Notes: generated by a model from the letters alone, not told the origin. DNA of 64,000 nt from a bacterium (Candidatus Blackallbacteria) CG13_big_fil_rev_8_21_14_2_50_49_14 (GCA_002783405.1 PFGG01000035.1:194940-258939); one strand, 5' to 3'. Shown: positions 17,891 to 28,926, numbered from the stretch's first letter. Translations and numbers: made by a program.

Positions 17891-17910
17891 ACTTCAAGAA
17901 TGGAAACCTT

Positions 17911-18225
17911 TTATTTTGAGAAAAGCCAATCCCAAAAATTTTGTTTCTTTTGCTTTTCTTTTTCTTTTTTCTTTTTCTTTTTTTCTTTTTTAAGCTGTTG
18001 TCGAGACTTTTCAAGTTCTGCATTTGGCAGAATGGTCGTCAAGGCATTGTATTGATCTTTCGCTGACAAGAGCATGCCATCTTTGCCATAAGGGGTTTGG
18101 TGAATAACCTGTTCCAGCGCTGGGGTCACTTTCAGATTGGTACTGTCTTTGGATACGGTCTGCCCCAGTTGCTTGGCAACTTCTGATTTCATGGGCCCAG
18201 AATCTGAAATTGGGATGATTGACAT
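17911..18225 (-). CDS. Hypothetical protein (104 aa) with a Lys-rich C-terminus
   Basis: No recognisable domain. The C-terminal KKEKKKKKKEKEKQKKQ is encoded by the (CTTTT)n-like tract. Followed by a terminator hairpin. Confidence 0.4.
   Translation of the reverse strand: MSIIPISDSGPMKSEVAKQLGQTVSKDSTNLKVTPALEQVIHQTPYGKDGMLLSAKDQYNALTTILPNAELEKSRQQLKKEKKKKKKEKEKQKKQNFWDWLFSK
17944..17991. repeat. Pyrimidine simple-sequence tract (CTTTT/CTTTTT-like repeats) inside the 3' end of the 104-aa gene
   Basis: The plus strand reads tttcttttgcttttctttttcttttttctttttctttttttctttttt. Confidence 0.7.
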
Positions 18226-18269
18226 GTCTAAGTTTACCCCTCGCTACAGGTTAGATAATACCGGCTTGA

Positions 18270-18680
18270 TTACCGACTGTGCGTCTGAATCGCATCAAGC
18301 AATTTAATAATATTCGTAGACCAATAAGGATCTCGTTTCAGATCCTGCATCACATGATTGACCAGACGCTGATTTGAGGCTATTTTCTCAGGAAGTTCTT
18401 TGCGGAGAATTTCCTTAACCACAACAGGGAAAACGACATCTCTTTCAGAATTGTCATAACCATCCCTGGTAAAATTATAATTGAATTCGCGATCTTTTTC
18501 ACCCGATTTTCTCAAAATAAAAGAGAGAGAAATATCTCCCTCTTTTAGATATACTGAATATCTCTTTAAAATTTCGGTGACTTGCTGTACAACAGCAGAT
18601 TTGCCTGCGTCAAGGTCAATAACGATTGGATTCTCTTTTGCACTCACCCCAGGCAACCCTCTAGGCGGCAAACATTTCAT
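18270..18680 (-). CDS. Hypothetical protein (136 aa; start uncertain)
   Basis: Overlaps the upstream gene by 20 nt in another frame; an alternative GTG lies 11 codons in. No motif recognised. Confidence 0.4.
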   Translation of the reverse strand: MKCLPPRGLPGVSAKENPIVIDLDAGKSAVVQQVTEILKRYSVYLKEGDISLSFILRKSGEKDREFNYNFTRDGYDNSERDVVFPVVVKEILRKELPEKIASNQRLVNHVMQDLKRDPYWSTNIIKLLDAIQTHSR

Positions 18681-19026
18681 CGACCAACTGACGGGCCATT
18701 TCAGACAGCGTCATCGCATCACGCTGTTCTTTTGTCATTTGAGCGGCGGCTCCTTTAAGTGCACTGACGGCAACAGTGGCAGGCAATGAGGCGCTTCCAC
18801 CCAAACTAACTTGTGTAGCTGCACCACCGGCAGCGCCTACGACAGAACTGATACTGAGGGAATCTTCATTTTTAGCTGTTGAAGGCTTGGCTGATGCCCC
18901 TTGAACACCACTGCTGGGAGCAGCGCTGGCACCGGCACTGGCTTTCTGGGTACGGCCAGACTTAACGGAAAAATCGAATCCGCTATTGCCATTTAATCTA
19001 TTGATGCTGCTCATATTTTCCTCCAC
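18661..19026 (-). CDS. Hypothetical protein (121 aa) with a Ser/Ala/Gly-rich disordered N-terminus and a short C-terminal helix
   Basis: Strong GGAGGAAAAT-ATG ribosome-binding site. Ends ...MTKEQRDAMTLSEMARQLVDEMFAA. Confidence 0.45.
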   Translation of the reverse strand: MEENMSSINRLNGNSGFDFSVKSGRTQKASAGASAAPSSGVQGASAKPSTAKNEDSLSISSVVGAAGGAATQVSLGGSASLPATVAVSALKGAAAQMTKEQRDAMTLSEMARQLVDEMFAA

Positions 19027-19280
19027 ACGATATGTCTAAACTTGTATTTATCTAACTTAGCTTTTGAAATTTTATGTAGTTAATTTCAGGTTAAGATTGT
19101 TAATCTTTACATAATATCTATAGCCTGCCCGCCAAAAAACTTGCTGAGCAAAACGATCTTTTAATCTTGTTTTTGAAGAAATCCTTTATTTTAATCTACA
19201 TATAATATTTTTAACAATAGCTCAAAGTGAGTCGAGACAAGCGATTGAGCACGATTCAGGAAGACTTCAGCTCTCAAAAG

Positions 19281-19286
19281 TATAAT
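19281..19286 (+). promoter_or_regulatory. TATAAT -10 box upstream of the 19360 gene
   Basis: TATAAT lies about 75 nt upstream of the ATG. AAAGGA Shine-Dalgarno sits 9 nt before the ATG. The -35 is weak. Confidence 0.3.
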
Positions 19287-19359
19287 TTTCAAATTCTTGC
19301 ATAAAGATCCCCAATTTTGGGTACAAGATCACAAACAGGATCATAAAGGATCAAGAGCC

Positions 19360-20031
19360 ATGAAAATTGAGTCATCTGTACAAAAATCACATTATTCAGG
19401 CCAGCCTCTTTCAAGTTCTGTTGGCAGCTCCTCCCCCGATCTTTCAAATACAAAAACCCAAGCGGAAACCTCCTCAAACACCCCCTCCGATGCCGCAGAA
19501 ACACTGGGCAACGACAGTACGGAAATCAACCATCAAACGGCAGCCCACCAAAGCCCTCCCAATCAGGTCTCTTTTGATACACAGCCCTCAGATCCCCCTG
19601 CACCGCAGGAGCCCCATGAGACACAAAACCAAGGAGCTGACTGGGAATCTACTATCTCTGGAAATACCCAGGACATTGAAAAAATTCAAGAGTTCATTCA
19701 CGAAATAGAAAATAAGAATATCCAAAGCCTCTTAGACGGTCTTCAGGAATCTCTGGATCGTGCCAGAAAGCAGATGGAAGACAGTATGCGTCACTATTAT
19801 GAGAAAGAAAGACCGCGCTTGGACAGCATGAAAGAAAAACTCAACGAGGCCAAGGCTACCGAAGCAGCAAACAAAACCAGTGATACGCTTAAGAATATTT
19901 CTCAAGTAGCAGGTATGATTGCAGATATGCAACGTGATCTTTCAAGCTCAGGCCTTCCACCTGAGCAACGGAATGCGATTCAGGCCAGTTTAGTTCAGGC
20001 CCAAAAACTTACTGAAATGCGCGCTCACTAA
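19360..20031 (+). CDS. Hypothetical protein with a Ser/Thr/Gln/Pro-rich disordered N-terminal half and a predicted coiled-coil C-terminal half
   Basis: ATG at 19360 with a good Shine-Dalgarno; the ORF-track start at 19297 is a TTG. No enzymatic motif. Confidence 0.45.
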   Translation: MKIESSVQKSHYSGQPLSSSVGSSSPDLSNTKTQAETSSNTPSDAAETLGNDSTEINHQTAAHQSPPNQVSFDTQPSDPPAPQEPHETQNQGADWESTISGNTQDIEKIQEFIHEIENKNIQSLLDGLQESLDRARKQMEDSMRHYYEKERPRLDSMKEKLNEAKATEAANKTSDTLKNISQVAGMIADMQRDLSSSGLPPEQRNAIQASLVQAQKLTEMRAH

Positions 20032-20953
20032 AACGAATCCACGCCAAGCCATCTACATTCTGGCCATTTAAATAAAAACCCCAATGTAAATGTGGACCTG
20101 TTGATCGCCCTGTACTGCCAATATAGCCAATGGTCTGTCCCTTGCTGACCCTATCCCCCTCTTTGACGGCCAGTTTGCTGAAGTGAATATAAACAGAAGT
20201 AATCCCCTGTCCATGATCTAAAAAGACAAGATTGCCATTGGAATTGTATTTTGAAAAATAGCGGGCCAAAGCCACACGCGCTCCCCCCGGAGCTTTGACG
20301 GGATAGCCCATGGGTGAGGCAAAATCAACACCTGAATGATAGCCATTGTATTTACCGTTTAAATAACGACGGGTACCAAAGGCAGCACTGACACGGTGGG
20401 GCACAGGCAAAACAAAAGGCCCATTCCAAAAAGCCTGCTCTGTTCGCAAATCCTTAACAGCATCCACCCATTTGTCTTCTTCAGCCACTTGTTTTTGTTG
20501 CTCAGGTTTCAGCGGAGGGCTTACAAAGCGAATATATTGCGAATAAAAACTACCAGGCTTGACTTCAAGATGCTCTTTCAACGCCCTATGACCTTCTTCA
20601 TCTTTGACAGACAAAGTGTATCCCCCAGGTTTCAAATCTGCTTTTACAGACAAAAATGTCCGAAAACGATGATGGGACTTATTCGGAATGGGTCCTTGAT
20701 CATAAAAAGGAATTTTTTGCCCCAGACCTTCAAGCGTATACTGCACGCCTTCGCGCCAAGGGGCTTCAAGCTCAAGCGCGCACAGTTGTCCTTGAACAAC
20801 TTGATCCGAGCTCAGTTTCAAAACGGGTGCATCAAAAACTTCCTCTAAAGGCTTATCTGTAGGGCTGGCTGAAACAGGTGCGTTGCTCTGCGCAAAACCA
20901 GCGCTCTGAAACCAGAAAGCCAAGCCGAGAAAAATGAAGATAGAGCGCATCAT
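20009..20953 (-). CDS. M23 family metallopeptidase (LytM-type), secreted
   Basis: Signal peptide. HSGVDFASPMGYPVKAP...HLHWG carries the HxxxD and HxH zinc ligands of the M23 fold. Confidence 0.8.
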   Translation of the reverse strand: MMRSIFIFLGLAFWFQSAGFAQSNAPVSASPTDKPLEEVFDAPVLKLSSDQVVQGQLCALELEAPWREGVQYTLEGLGQKIPFYDQGPIPNKSHHRFRTFLSVKADLKPGGYTLSVKDEEGHRALKEHLEVKPGSFYSQYIRFVSPPLKPEQQKQVAEEDKWVDAVKDLRTEQAFWNGPFVLPVPHRVSAAFGTRRYLNGKYNGYHSGVDFASPMGYPVKAPGGARVALARYFSKYNSNGNLVFLDHGQGITSVYIHFSKLAVKEGDRVSKGQTIGYIGSTGRSTGPHLHWGFYLNGQNVDGLAWIRFSERAFQ

Positions 20954-20955
20954 AC

Positions 20956-22563
20956 TTACATCCTGAAGACGCTGAAATGAGTTTCCTGGGGCGGCGCGTT
21001 CAGTGAAGCGGCGATCGCCAGCCCCAAAACAGTACGGGTATCGGCAGGATCGATAATGCCATCATCCCATAAACGTGCAGAACCATAGACAGCATCACTT
21101 TCCCGAGCATATTTCTCAAGAATAGGCGCTTTAAAATCGGCTTGTTCCTGCTCTGTCAAATCTTTTCCTTTGGCCTGTAACTGATCTCGTTTTACTGTCA
21201 AAAGTACATTGGCGGCTTGTTCACCTCCCATAACAGAGATGCGGGCACGGGGCCACATCCAGAGAAAACGTGGGCTATAGGCACGGCCACACATGCCATA
21301 ATTCCCTGCGCCATAAGAGCCACCAATAATCACTGTAAATTTCGGCACAGAAGTGGTAGCAACAGCTTGAACGAGCTTAGCTCCATCCTTGGCGATTCCG
21401 CCCCGCTCATAGTCTTTGCCCACCATAAAGCCAACGATATTCTGCAAAAATACCAAAGGAATGCCACGTTGGCTACAGAGTTCAATAAAGTGAGCCCCTT
21501 TTAAAGCACTTTCAGAAAACAAAATGCCGTTATTGGCAATGATACCTACGGGATAGCCCATGATCCTACCAAAACCACAGACCAGTGTGGTGCCATAGAG
21601 CGCTTTAAATTCATGAAACTCACTGCCATCCAATAAACGCGCCAAAACCTCATGCACATCATAGGTCTGACGATCATCATGGGGAATCACACGATACAGT
21701 TCATCAGGAGAATACAAAGGTTCACGCGGAGGATGTACATCCAAACTGACACGTTTCACTCGGTTCAGATTCGCAACAATATGACGCGCAATCTCAAGCG
21801 CCTCTTCATCATCGTGCGCCAGATGATCTGCAACGCCCGACAAGCGGCAATGAACATCAGCGCCACCCAGTTCTTCTGCGGTAACCACCTCACCGGTCGC
21901 CGCTTTGACAAGGGGGGGGCCGCCCAGAAAAATGGTTCCCTGATTGCGCACAATAATCGTTTCATCCGACATAGCAGGAACATAAGCGCCCCCAGCTGTA
22001 CAGGAGCCCATCACAACTGCAATCTGAGGAATATTTCGGGCTGACATCTGGGCCTGCATATAAAAAATACGCCCAAAATGCTCTTTATCAGGAAAAACCT
22101 CTGATTGCATCGGCAGAAAAGCGCCACCCGAATCCACAAGGTAAATACAGGGCAAGTGATTTTCAAGGGCTATTTCCTGAGCGCGCAAATGCTTTTTTAC
22201 CGTCAGTGGAAAATAGGTTCCCCCTTTCACAGTCGCGTCATTGGCAACAATCATGACTTCCTGGCCTTCAACAAGGCCAATGCCCGTTACAATCCCTGCG
22301 GCTGGAACCTCCGTATCATAAACCCCCTCAGCAGCCAGCGGGCTGAGTTCAAGAAAAGGAGAACCTGGATCACACAGGCGTGAAATTCGATCGCGAACCA
22401 ACAGTTTGCCGCGTTCTTCGTGCTTACTTCGGGCTTCGGCAGAACCTCCCAAACGCACTTTCTGTAAATGCTGTTTTAGGTCTGCCAGTGCATTCTGATA
22501 AACTTCAGCATTGTGCTGAGCTTCTGCCGTGTTTAAATTAAGTTTTGATTCAATTGGATACAT
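20956..22563 (-). CDS. Methylcrotonyl-CoA carboxylase beta subunit (biotin-dependent acyl-CoA carboxyltransferase)
   Basis: 535 aa. The N-terminus (...[40 protein letters not shown]...) and overall length match MCCase beta / carboxyltransferase. Confidence 0.8.
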   Translation of the reverse strand: MYPIESKLNLNTAEAQHNAEVYQNALADLKQHLQKVRLGGSAEARSKHEERGKLLVRDRISRLCDPGSPFLELSPLAAEGVYDTEVPAAGIVTGIGLVEGQEVMIVANDATVKGGTYFPLTVKKHLRAQEIALENHLPCIYLVDSGGAFLPMQSEVFPDKEHFGRIFYMQAQMSARNIPQIAVVMGSCTAGGAYVPAMSDETIIVRNQGTIFLGGPPLVKAATGEVVTAEELGGADVHCRLSGVADHLAHDDEEALEIARHIVANLNRVKRVSLDVHPPREPLYSPDELYRVIPHDDRQTYDVHEVLARLLDGSEFHEFKALYGTTLVCGFGRIMGYPVGIIANNGILFSESALKGAHFIELCSQRGIPLVFLQNIVGFMVGKDYERGGIAKDGAKLVQAVATTSVPKFTVIIGGSYGAGNYGMCGRAYSPRFLWMWPRARISVMGGEQAANVLLTVKRDQLQAKGKDLTEQEQADFKAPILEKYARESDAVYGSARLWDDGIIDPADTRTVLGLAIAASLNAPPQETHFSVFRM

Positions 22564-22768
22564 GGATACAAGTATAACAAAACTGATCCTGAATAAAAGA
22601 GCCTTGAACAGGCGGGAGACTTTCCCCTGAAAAAGGGGGCTCCATGTTAAAATAGACCCAAATACAGGCTGAATTTAGGCCAAAGATCCAAGCTGCAAGA
22701 TCCCTTCCTCAAGACATTTTTTCATTTTTTATGTCAGGGAGCTGAATCATAAGGAGAACATAAAGAGA

Positions 22769-23851
22769 ATGCGCATTGCTGTAGGTATGAGTGGTGGAGT
22801 AGACAGTTCCGTTGCTGCTGCATTGCTGAAAAAAGCAGGACATGAAGTGATCGGTGTAACCATGTTGATTTGGGACGGGAGTAAGTGCTGTTCTGGTGAC
22901 GCAATTGAAGACGCCGAGTGGGTCACCAAACAATTGGGAATTGAACACCATGTATATAACTTAATCCCCGAATTCACCCAAGAAGTGGTCACACCTTTCG
23001 TCAATGAATATTTGAATGGTCGCACCCCAAACCCTTGTCCCACCTGTAATTTTCGCATGAAGTTTCACCATCTCTGGCAAGCAGTACAAAAAAATCTTGA
23101 AGTGGATAAAATGGCCACTGGTCACTACGTACGTTTAGAGCAAGATCCAGACAATTTACGTTATCAACTCTACCGAGGGCTCGATCATCACAAAGATCAA
23201 ACCTATATGTTTTATCGTTTAAGCCAGGAACAACTCTCCCGACTGCATTTTCCACTGGGACACTTCAGCAAAGCCGAAACCAGAAAAATGGCTGGAGAAC
23301 TGGGATTAGAACCGATTATGAACAAGCCAGACAGCCAAGATCTTTGCTTCGTTGGAGACAGTCTCAATGATTTTTGGAAAAACCATTACCAAAAATCAAT
23401 TCGACACGGAAATATTGTCGATTTAAACGGAAACATCCTGGGTTCACATGAGGGAATTGTGCATTATACAATTGGCCAACGCAAAGGTTTGGGTATCGCC
23501 CATGAAGAACCACTTTACGTCCTCAAAATCAATGCGGGAAAAAATGAAGTGGTTGTCGGCCCTCGAGATCAAACCTTTTCAGACGGGCTTGAAGCCTCAG
23601 GACTGAATTGGTCTGCGATAGATCCCCCCACAAAACCATTGAAAGCCCATATTCGTATTCGCTACCGATCAGAGTTGGTACCCGCTACCATTGAAGTCAC
23701 AGCACCAGATACTGTACGCGTTAGATTTGATGACCCCCAAAGCGCCATTTCGCCAGGTCAAATCACGGTTTTTTATGATTCAAACGATATGTTGCTGGGC
23801 GGGGGCGTGATTGAAAAAGCCTTGGTTCTTACAGAACCCGTATCGGTTTAA
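22769..23851 (+). CDS. mnmA: tRNA-specific 2-thiouridylase
   Basis: N-terminal PP-loop (AVGMSGGVDSSVAA), conserved Cys residues and a length of 360 aa. Confidence 0.9.
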   Translation: MRIAVGMSGGVDSSVAAALLKKAGHEVIGVTMLIWDGSKCCSGDAIEDAEWVTKQLGIEHHVYNLIPEFTQEVVTPFVNEYLNGRTPNPCPTCNFRMKFHHLWQAVQKNLEVDKMATGHYVRLEQDPDNLRYQLYRGLDHHKDQTYMFYRLSQEQLSRLHFPLGHFSKAETRKMAGELGLEPIMNKPDSQDLCFVGDSLNDFWKNHYQKSIRHGNIVDLNGNILGSHEGIVHYTIGQRKGLGIAHEEPLYVLKINAGKNEVVVGPRDQTFSDGLEASGLNWSAIDPPTKPLKAHIRIRYRSELVPATIEVTAPDTVRVRFDDPQSAISPGQITVFYDSNDMLLGGGVIEKALVLTEPVSV

Positions 23852-23856
23852 GCGCA

Positions 23857-24957
23857 ATGGCCGAAGATACAGCACAACTTTTAGCAAAGGGTCTGCAAGC
23901 TTTGGCTCAACGCGATCATCTTAACGCTTTTCATTATCTACAAGCCGCTGATTGGCAACGGTTTGGAAAACCATGGAATGCCTGTAACTCAGAAGAACGG
24001 GTTGCTTTTTTTGAAAGTCCACAATTTCCTCCCGAGGCAGTACCCCTGCACAAACTTCAACATGATCTTGAGCAAATCAAATATCTGCGCAAGAATCAAA
24101 AACTACCCGATGAATTTCAATCCGTCGAAAACGCCTTGGAGCAGGTATACGCCTCTCTCCTGCAGCGCTTTCAAAATGTCTCTGAAACAGAACTTTTATG
24201 GTTAAGCCCTCAAGAGCAGGAATTACTCGCCCCTTTCTGGAACAGAAATCTCTATACAGAACCCTTGCCTGAATCTCCTGAGCCACTCATCAACCCAGCA
24301 CTCGATACCGACAGAGTTTGCTGGAACTATCACCACAATCAACCCGGTTTGGCTTACTGTGATCAGATTTTGGCTGCTCCAGCGCTCACTCAAATCCGGG
24401 AATTTGTCTTGGCATCCACGCTCTGGCGGGATTACCAGCGAGGAGGTTATGTCGGGTCTTATCTTCCCAATGGCTTCTGTGCCCCCTTACTCCTACAACT
24501 GGCAGATCAGGTTCGCGCCGCTTTCTCACCGATTCTTCAAGACTTGCCCCTCAGTTTAATGTGGTCCTATAAATACAGTCAAAACTCGCCAGGTGTAGGC
24601 ATTCACGCTGATTCCGGCGGGCGCGTCAATGTCAATTTCTGGCTGACCCCTGACCATGCCAATTTGGAACCCGAAAAAGGGGGCTTGATTGTCTATGATG
24701 TGATGGCACCTTCAGACTGGGATCCGCGCAGATATCAGTTAGAAACCTTACTCAAGGGAAAACCCTGCAAAGCTTATCCTATTCCCTACCGTTTCAATCG
24801 TGCGCTTTTTTTTCACTCGGGCCTTTTTCATGCTTCGGATCAATTGCAATTCAAACCAGGTTACGAAAACCGTCGCATTAACCTGACTTTGCTTTTTGGC
24901 ATTCGCGATGCAGATTTAGAATCTCAATCCCAGTACAGTTGGAGACCCCTGATTTAA
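23857..24957 (+). CDS. Hypothetical protein, possibly a 2OG-Fe(II) oxygenase-superfamily (cupin-like) enzyme
   Basis: A possible HxD...H triad is seen in GIHADSGG...FHSGLFHAS. The N-terminal half is helical. The functional call is weak. Confidence 0.45.
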   Translation: MAEDTAQLLAKGLQALAQRDHLNAFHYLQAADWQRFGKPWNACNSEERVAFFESPQFPPEAVPLHKLQHDLEQIKYLRKNQKLPDEFQSVENALEQVYASLLQRFQNVSETELLWLSPQEQELLAPFWNRNLYTEPLPESPEPLINPALDTDRVCWNYHHNQPGLAYCDQILAAPALTQIREFVLASTLWRDYQRGGYVGSYLPNGFCAPLLLQLADQVRAAFSPILQDLPLSLMWSYKYSQNSPGVGIHADSGGRVNVNFWLTPDHANLEPEKGGLIVYDVMAPSDWDPRRYQLETLLKGKPCKAYPIPYRFNRALFFHSGLFHASDQLQFKPGYENRRINLTLLFGIRDADLESQSQYSWRPLI

Positions 24958-24969
24958 TTCAGCAAGCGA

Positions 24970-26124
24970 TTAATCAGGCAAATAAAAGCGTTTCAAATCT
25001 TCTTCAGACTTTATCCACTGCGTTTCGCCTGCTCGCATCAACATCAGACGTTCGCTGATCGTGAGTATCTGACGATAATCATGATCGGTGAGAATAATTC
25101 CTGAATATTCTGAGGCGGATTGAATCAATTCCTGAGCTCTCTTTTTGTATAAGGGTTCCAGTTCACTGAAGGGTTCATCCAAAAGTACAAAGGGCCTTTG
25201 CAAAGCCAGAATCAAGCACAACTCAAAAAAACGACGTTCTCCGCCTGAAAGCTCTGAAACACGCTGTGCCAAGAGCTTCAATAAACGTGGTTCCTGCTCA
25301 ATAAAAGCCCGCTGTGAATCCTCAAGAAAAAGCTGTACCACACGTTTAAGTTTCATCTGACGGGGCAAAAAACTAGATTGGGGGAGATAGGCAATACAAT
25401 CTTTTTTGAGATACAAAGATTTCAAAAAGTGCTCATTGACCAAAATGACACCGGAATCCGGTTTGCAAACCCCCAAAATAATCTTCAAAAGCGTACTTTT
25501 ACCACACCCATTCCTGCCCAAAAGGCCCAGTATTTCGCCCGTCTGAACCTTCAACCAAGCGCCTTTGAGTACCGTTCTACGGCCAAAATGATGATAAACA
25601 CTGTCCACTTGGAGTTTTAAAGATTGCTTTTCGTTCGCTTCCTCAGGCTTTTCAAGCGGAGCAGACAGGACCGAAATACCCATCAGAACACACACCACCA
25701 ACCCCAGGAAGCCTAGGCTCCAGAACAGAAGAGGCTGGGCCACAAGTGATACGGTTTGAAGAAACAGATAGTGCAGCCACGACTGAATATAATCGAGCTG
25801 ATGGGGATATATCAAAAAAAGGGCACAGACCGCCAGGCTGAGATTCAACAGACTTGAAGCGCCGCATAAAAAAAGCTTGGAATAGCCACGGTTTGCATAA
25901 AAAAACAATTCTTCTGGATGCATAAAATAATAAAGTGCGAGCGCTCCCCAACAGCCCAAAGTTCCCAAGAGACAAAAATAAAGTGGAAGCAATCCTGAAG
26001 TTGGAAAAACCCTTCCTGAGAGCATTTGATAAGAAAGCACGGAAAAAAATAAGAGTACCAATGAAATCAAAAAATCGTAAATAAAGACCAGTCGACAGAA
26101 ACAAAAAAACAAGCTAACCAACAC
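24970..26124 (-). CDS. ABC transporter ATP-binding protein with an unusual N-terminal ~170-aa polytopic membrane segment
   Basis: Walker A GRNGCGKST, signature LSGGERR, Walker B LLDEPF and an H-loop are present. Four to five Leu/Phe-rich TM helices precede the NBD, and no separate permease gene is adjacent. Confidence 0.7.
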   Translation of the reverse strand: MLVSLFFCFCRLVFIYDFLISLVLLFFSVLSYQMLSGRVFPTSGLLPLYFCLLGTLGCWGALALYYFMHPEELFFYANRGYSKLFLCGASSLLNLSLAVCALFLIYPHQLDYIQSWLHYLFLQTVSLVAQPLLFWSLGFLGLVVCVLMGISVLSAPLEKPEEANEKQSLKLQVDSVYHHFGRRTVLKGAWLKVQTGEILGLLGRNGCGKSTLLKIILGVCKPDSGVILVNEHFLKSLYLKKDCIAYLPQSSFLPRQMKLKRVVQLFLEDSQRAFIEQEPRLLKLLAQRVSELSGGERRFFELCLILALQRPFVLLDEPFSELEPLYKKRAQELIQSASEYSGIILTDHDYRQILTISERLMLMRAGETQWIKSEEDLKRFYLPD

Positions 26125-26169
26125 CAGACAAATGAATTTTATCTAGGGGACAAAAACAGAAAAACATGA

Positions 26170-26961
26170 TTAAGGCTTTGTTTTAAGCGTTTCGCTTCCA
26201 CCAGACAATTGAACACCTTGCTCAGTGGTCACTAATTTTGCAATCGGTAAATTCATCGGAACTTTCATTTTGCCGAAGTCCAACATGATTTGATTGGGCC
26301 CCACCCGTTTCATGGCATCAGCAAAAGAAAAAGCATCCAAAGGCGAAAGGGGAGGAGGTCCTGCAGGAGAGGTATTCCCATGATCCTCAATAAAAAGACC
26401 CAAAAGCGTATCCCGTAATTTTGAAGGCACGCTAAAACCTGTTTTAAAATCATCAATGGTCATCAAAATCTGGTTGAGAGGTGTAACGGTCAGGCTCACT
26501 TCAGCAGTAAAAGGCAGCGGAATACCCAAGAGCGGATACTTGCCAGAAAGCGAAACCTTACCATTGGGATGAAAATCCACTTTGGCATCTTGAATACCTT
26601 TTTCCTGCAAAGACCAGTTCAGATAATTTGAAAGTTCTGTTTCATCTGCATTCACTTGCAGATCAGAAACATTGTATTGATAATAATTCCAAATCATCAT
26701 ATCGGGTTTGACACCATCAAAGCCTGTGCGACTGGTGATATTCAGTTTGAGTTGATCAATATTGAAGGCATTGTATTTGAAATCACTCATGGTAATTTCA
26801 GTGGGTTTGCTTTGTTTCTGCAGTTTAGGCGCAGGGGGATATTGTGGACGAACCGTAGCCTGTATCGGGTTTTGAGGATTTTGAGGCAGAGGAGGTGCCG
26901 TATAGGCAGGATCAGGTCGGGTAAAAAATTGAGTGGTGACCTCTTTTAAATTCGGCATCAT
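26170..26961 (-). CDS. Hypothetical protein (263 aa) with a Pro-rich N-terminus and a beta-rich C-terminal domain
   Basis: Lies upstream of, and co-directional with, the TM-ABC ATPase gene. No motif recognised. Confidence 0.5.
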   Translation of the reverse strand: MMPNLKEVTTQFFTRPDPAYTAPPLPQNPQNPIQATVRPQYPPAPKLQKQSKPTEITMSDFKYNAFNIDQLKLNITSRTGFDGVKPDMMIWNYYQYNVSDLQVNADETELSNYLNWSLQEKGIQDAKVDFHPNGKVSLSGKYPLLGIPLPFTAEVSLTVTPLNQILMTIDDFKTGFSVPSKLRDTLLGLFIEDHGNTSPAGPPPLSPLDAFSFADAMKRVGPNQIMLDFGKMKVPMNLPIAKLVTTEQGVQLSGGSETLKTKP

Positions 26962-27041
26962 CAGTCTCTCCTCACACGCTTCGATACGCTAAGTATCGTG
27001 CCGAGCAAAGAGAGACTGACCTTAACAAGGTTAAACCCTGT

Positions 27042-28328
<1,287 letters not shown>

Positions 28329-28434
28329 TCACTCCTTAAAATTTAGACATTTCACTTTTTATTCCAGGACTTTGAATCTCCGCGAGGTATTATACCGCTC
28401 TCAGAAGCACTTACCCTCATCGCAGCACAAGGTT

Positions 28435-28926
28435 TTAAGACTGAAAGGGTAATAAAGCACCGGGTTGAGCCCAACCCTCCAACTCATGCCGATAGATCAC
28501 GCTACGATCCAACATAATCTCTCCTTGAGGCCCCCAAAACAAGCGGTGTCTTTCAAGAGCACGCAAGGCAGGTCCTCTTTGTCGCAATCCACGCAAATCA
28601 AAAACACTGTGATGACAGGGGCAGTGAAACTCTTGAGCCTGAGGTTTCCAATCCGGCAAACAGCCCATATGCGTGCAAATAGAACGCAAAGCATAAAAAC
28701 CCTCAGGTGAGCGCACCAGCCAAATCTGATAGGCCGGAAAAGCTTGAACCGTATTCAATTCCATCGCAGCAGGGAAAAGCAAAGAAACAGGTTTTATTTC
28801 TGAATGCCGTGAAGGTATCTGCAAATACCGCAAAACAGAAAGCAAAGAAGCCCATAAACCAGCCCAAAACAATCCTTGCCAGAGAAAATCACGTCGCGTC
28901 AGCGTTTTTTTTTCTGGCTCAGGCAC
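28435..28926 (-). CDS. Rieske [2Fe-2S] domain protein with a Tat-type signal (standalone)
   Basis: RRDFLWQ twin-arginine motif. Box I CTHMGC and box II CPCHHS are present. No cytochrome b or oxygenase partner is adjacent. Confidence 0.8.
   Translation of the reverse strand: MPEPEKKTLTRRDFLWQGLFWAGLWASLLSVLRYLQIPSRHSEIKPVSLLFPAAMELNTVQAFPAYQIWLVRSPEGFYALRSICTHMGCLPDWKPQAQEFHCPCHHSVFDLRGLRQRGPALRALERHRLFWGPQGEIMLDRSVIYRHELEGWAQPGALLPFQS

Noticed and set aside
19297-19359. TTG start at 19297 for the S/T-rich protein
   Set aside because: A downstream ATG at 19360 has an AAAGGA Shine-Dalgarno at ideal spacing, and a TATAAT box lies at 19281, which would fall inside the longer ORF.
21915-21922. 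G8 (mccB), G9 (ppc 61967..61975) and C9 (50414..50422) homopolymers as phase-variation switches
   Set aside because: The G9 encodes the invariant GRGGGP loop of PEP carboxylase, and the G8 encodes GGPP in an essential-type carboxyltransferase. The tracts therefore look like codon preference (GGG/CCC runs) rather than contingency loci. Only the lipoprotein C9 remains a weak candidate.
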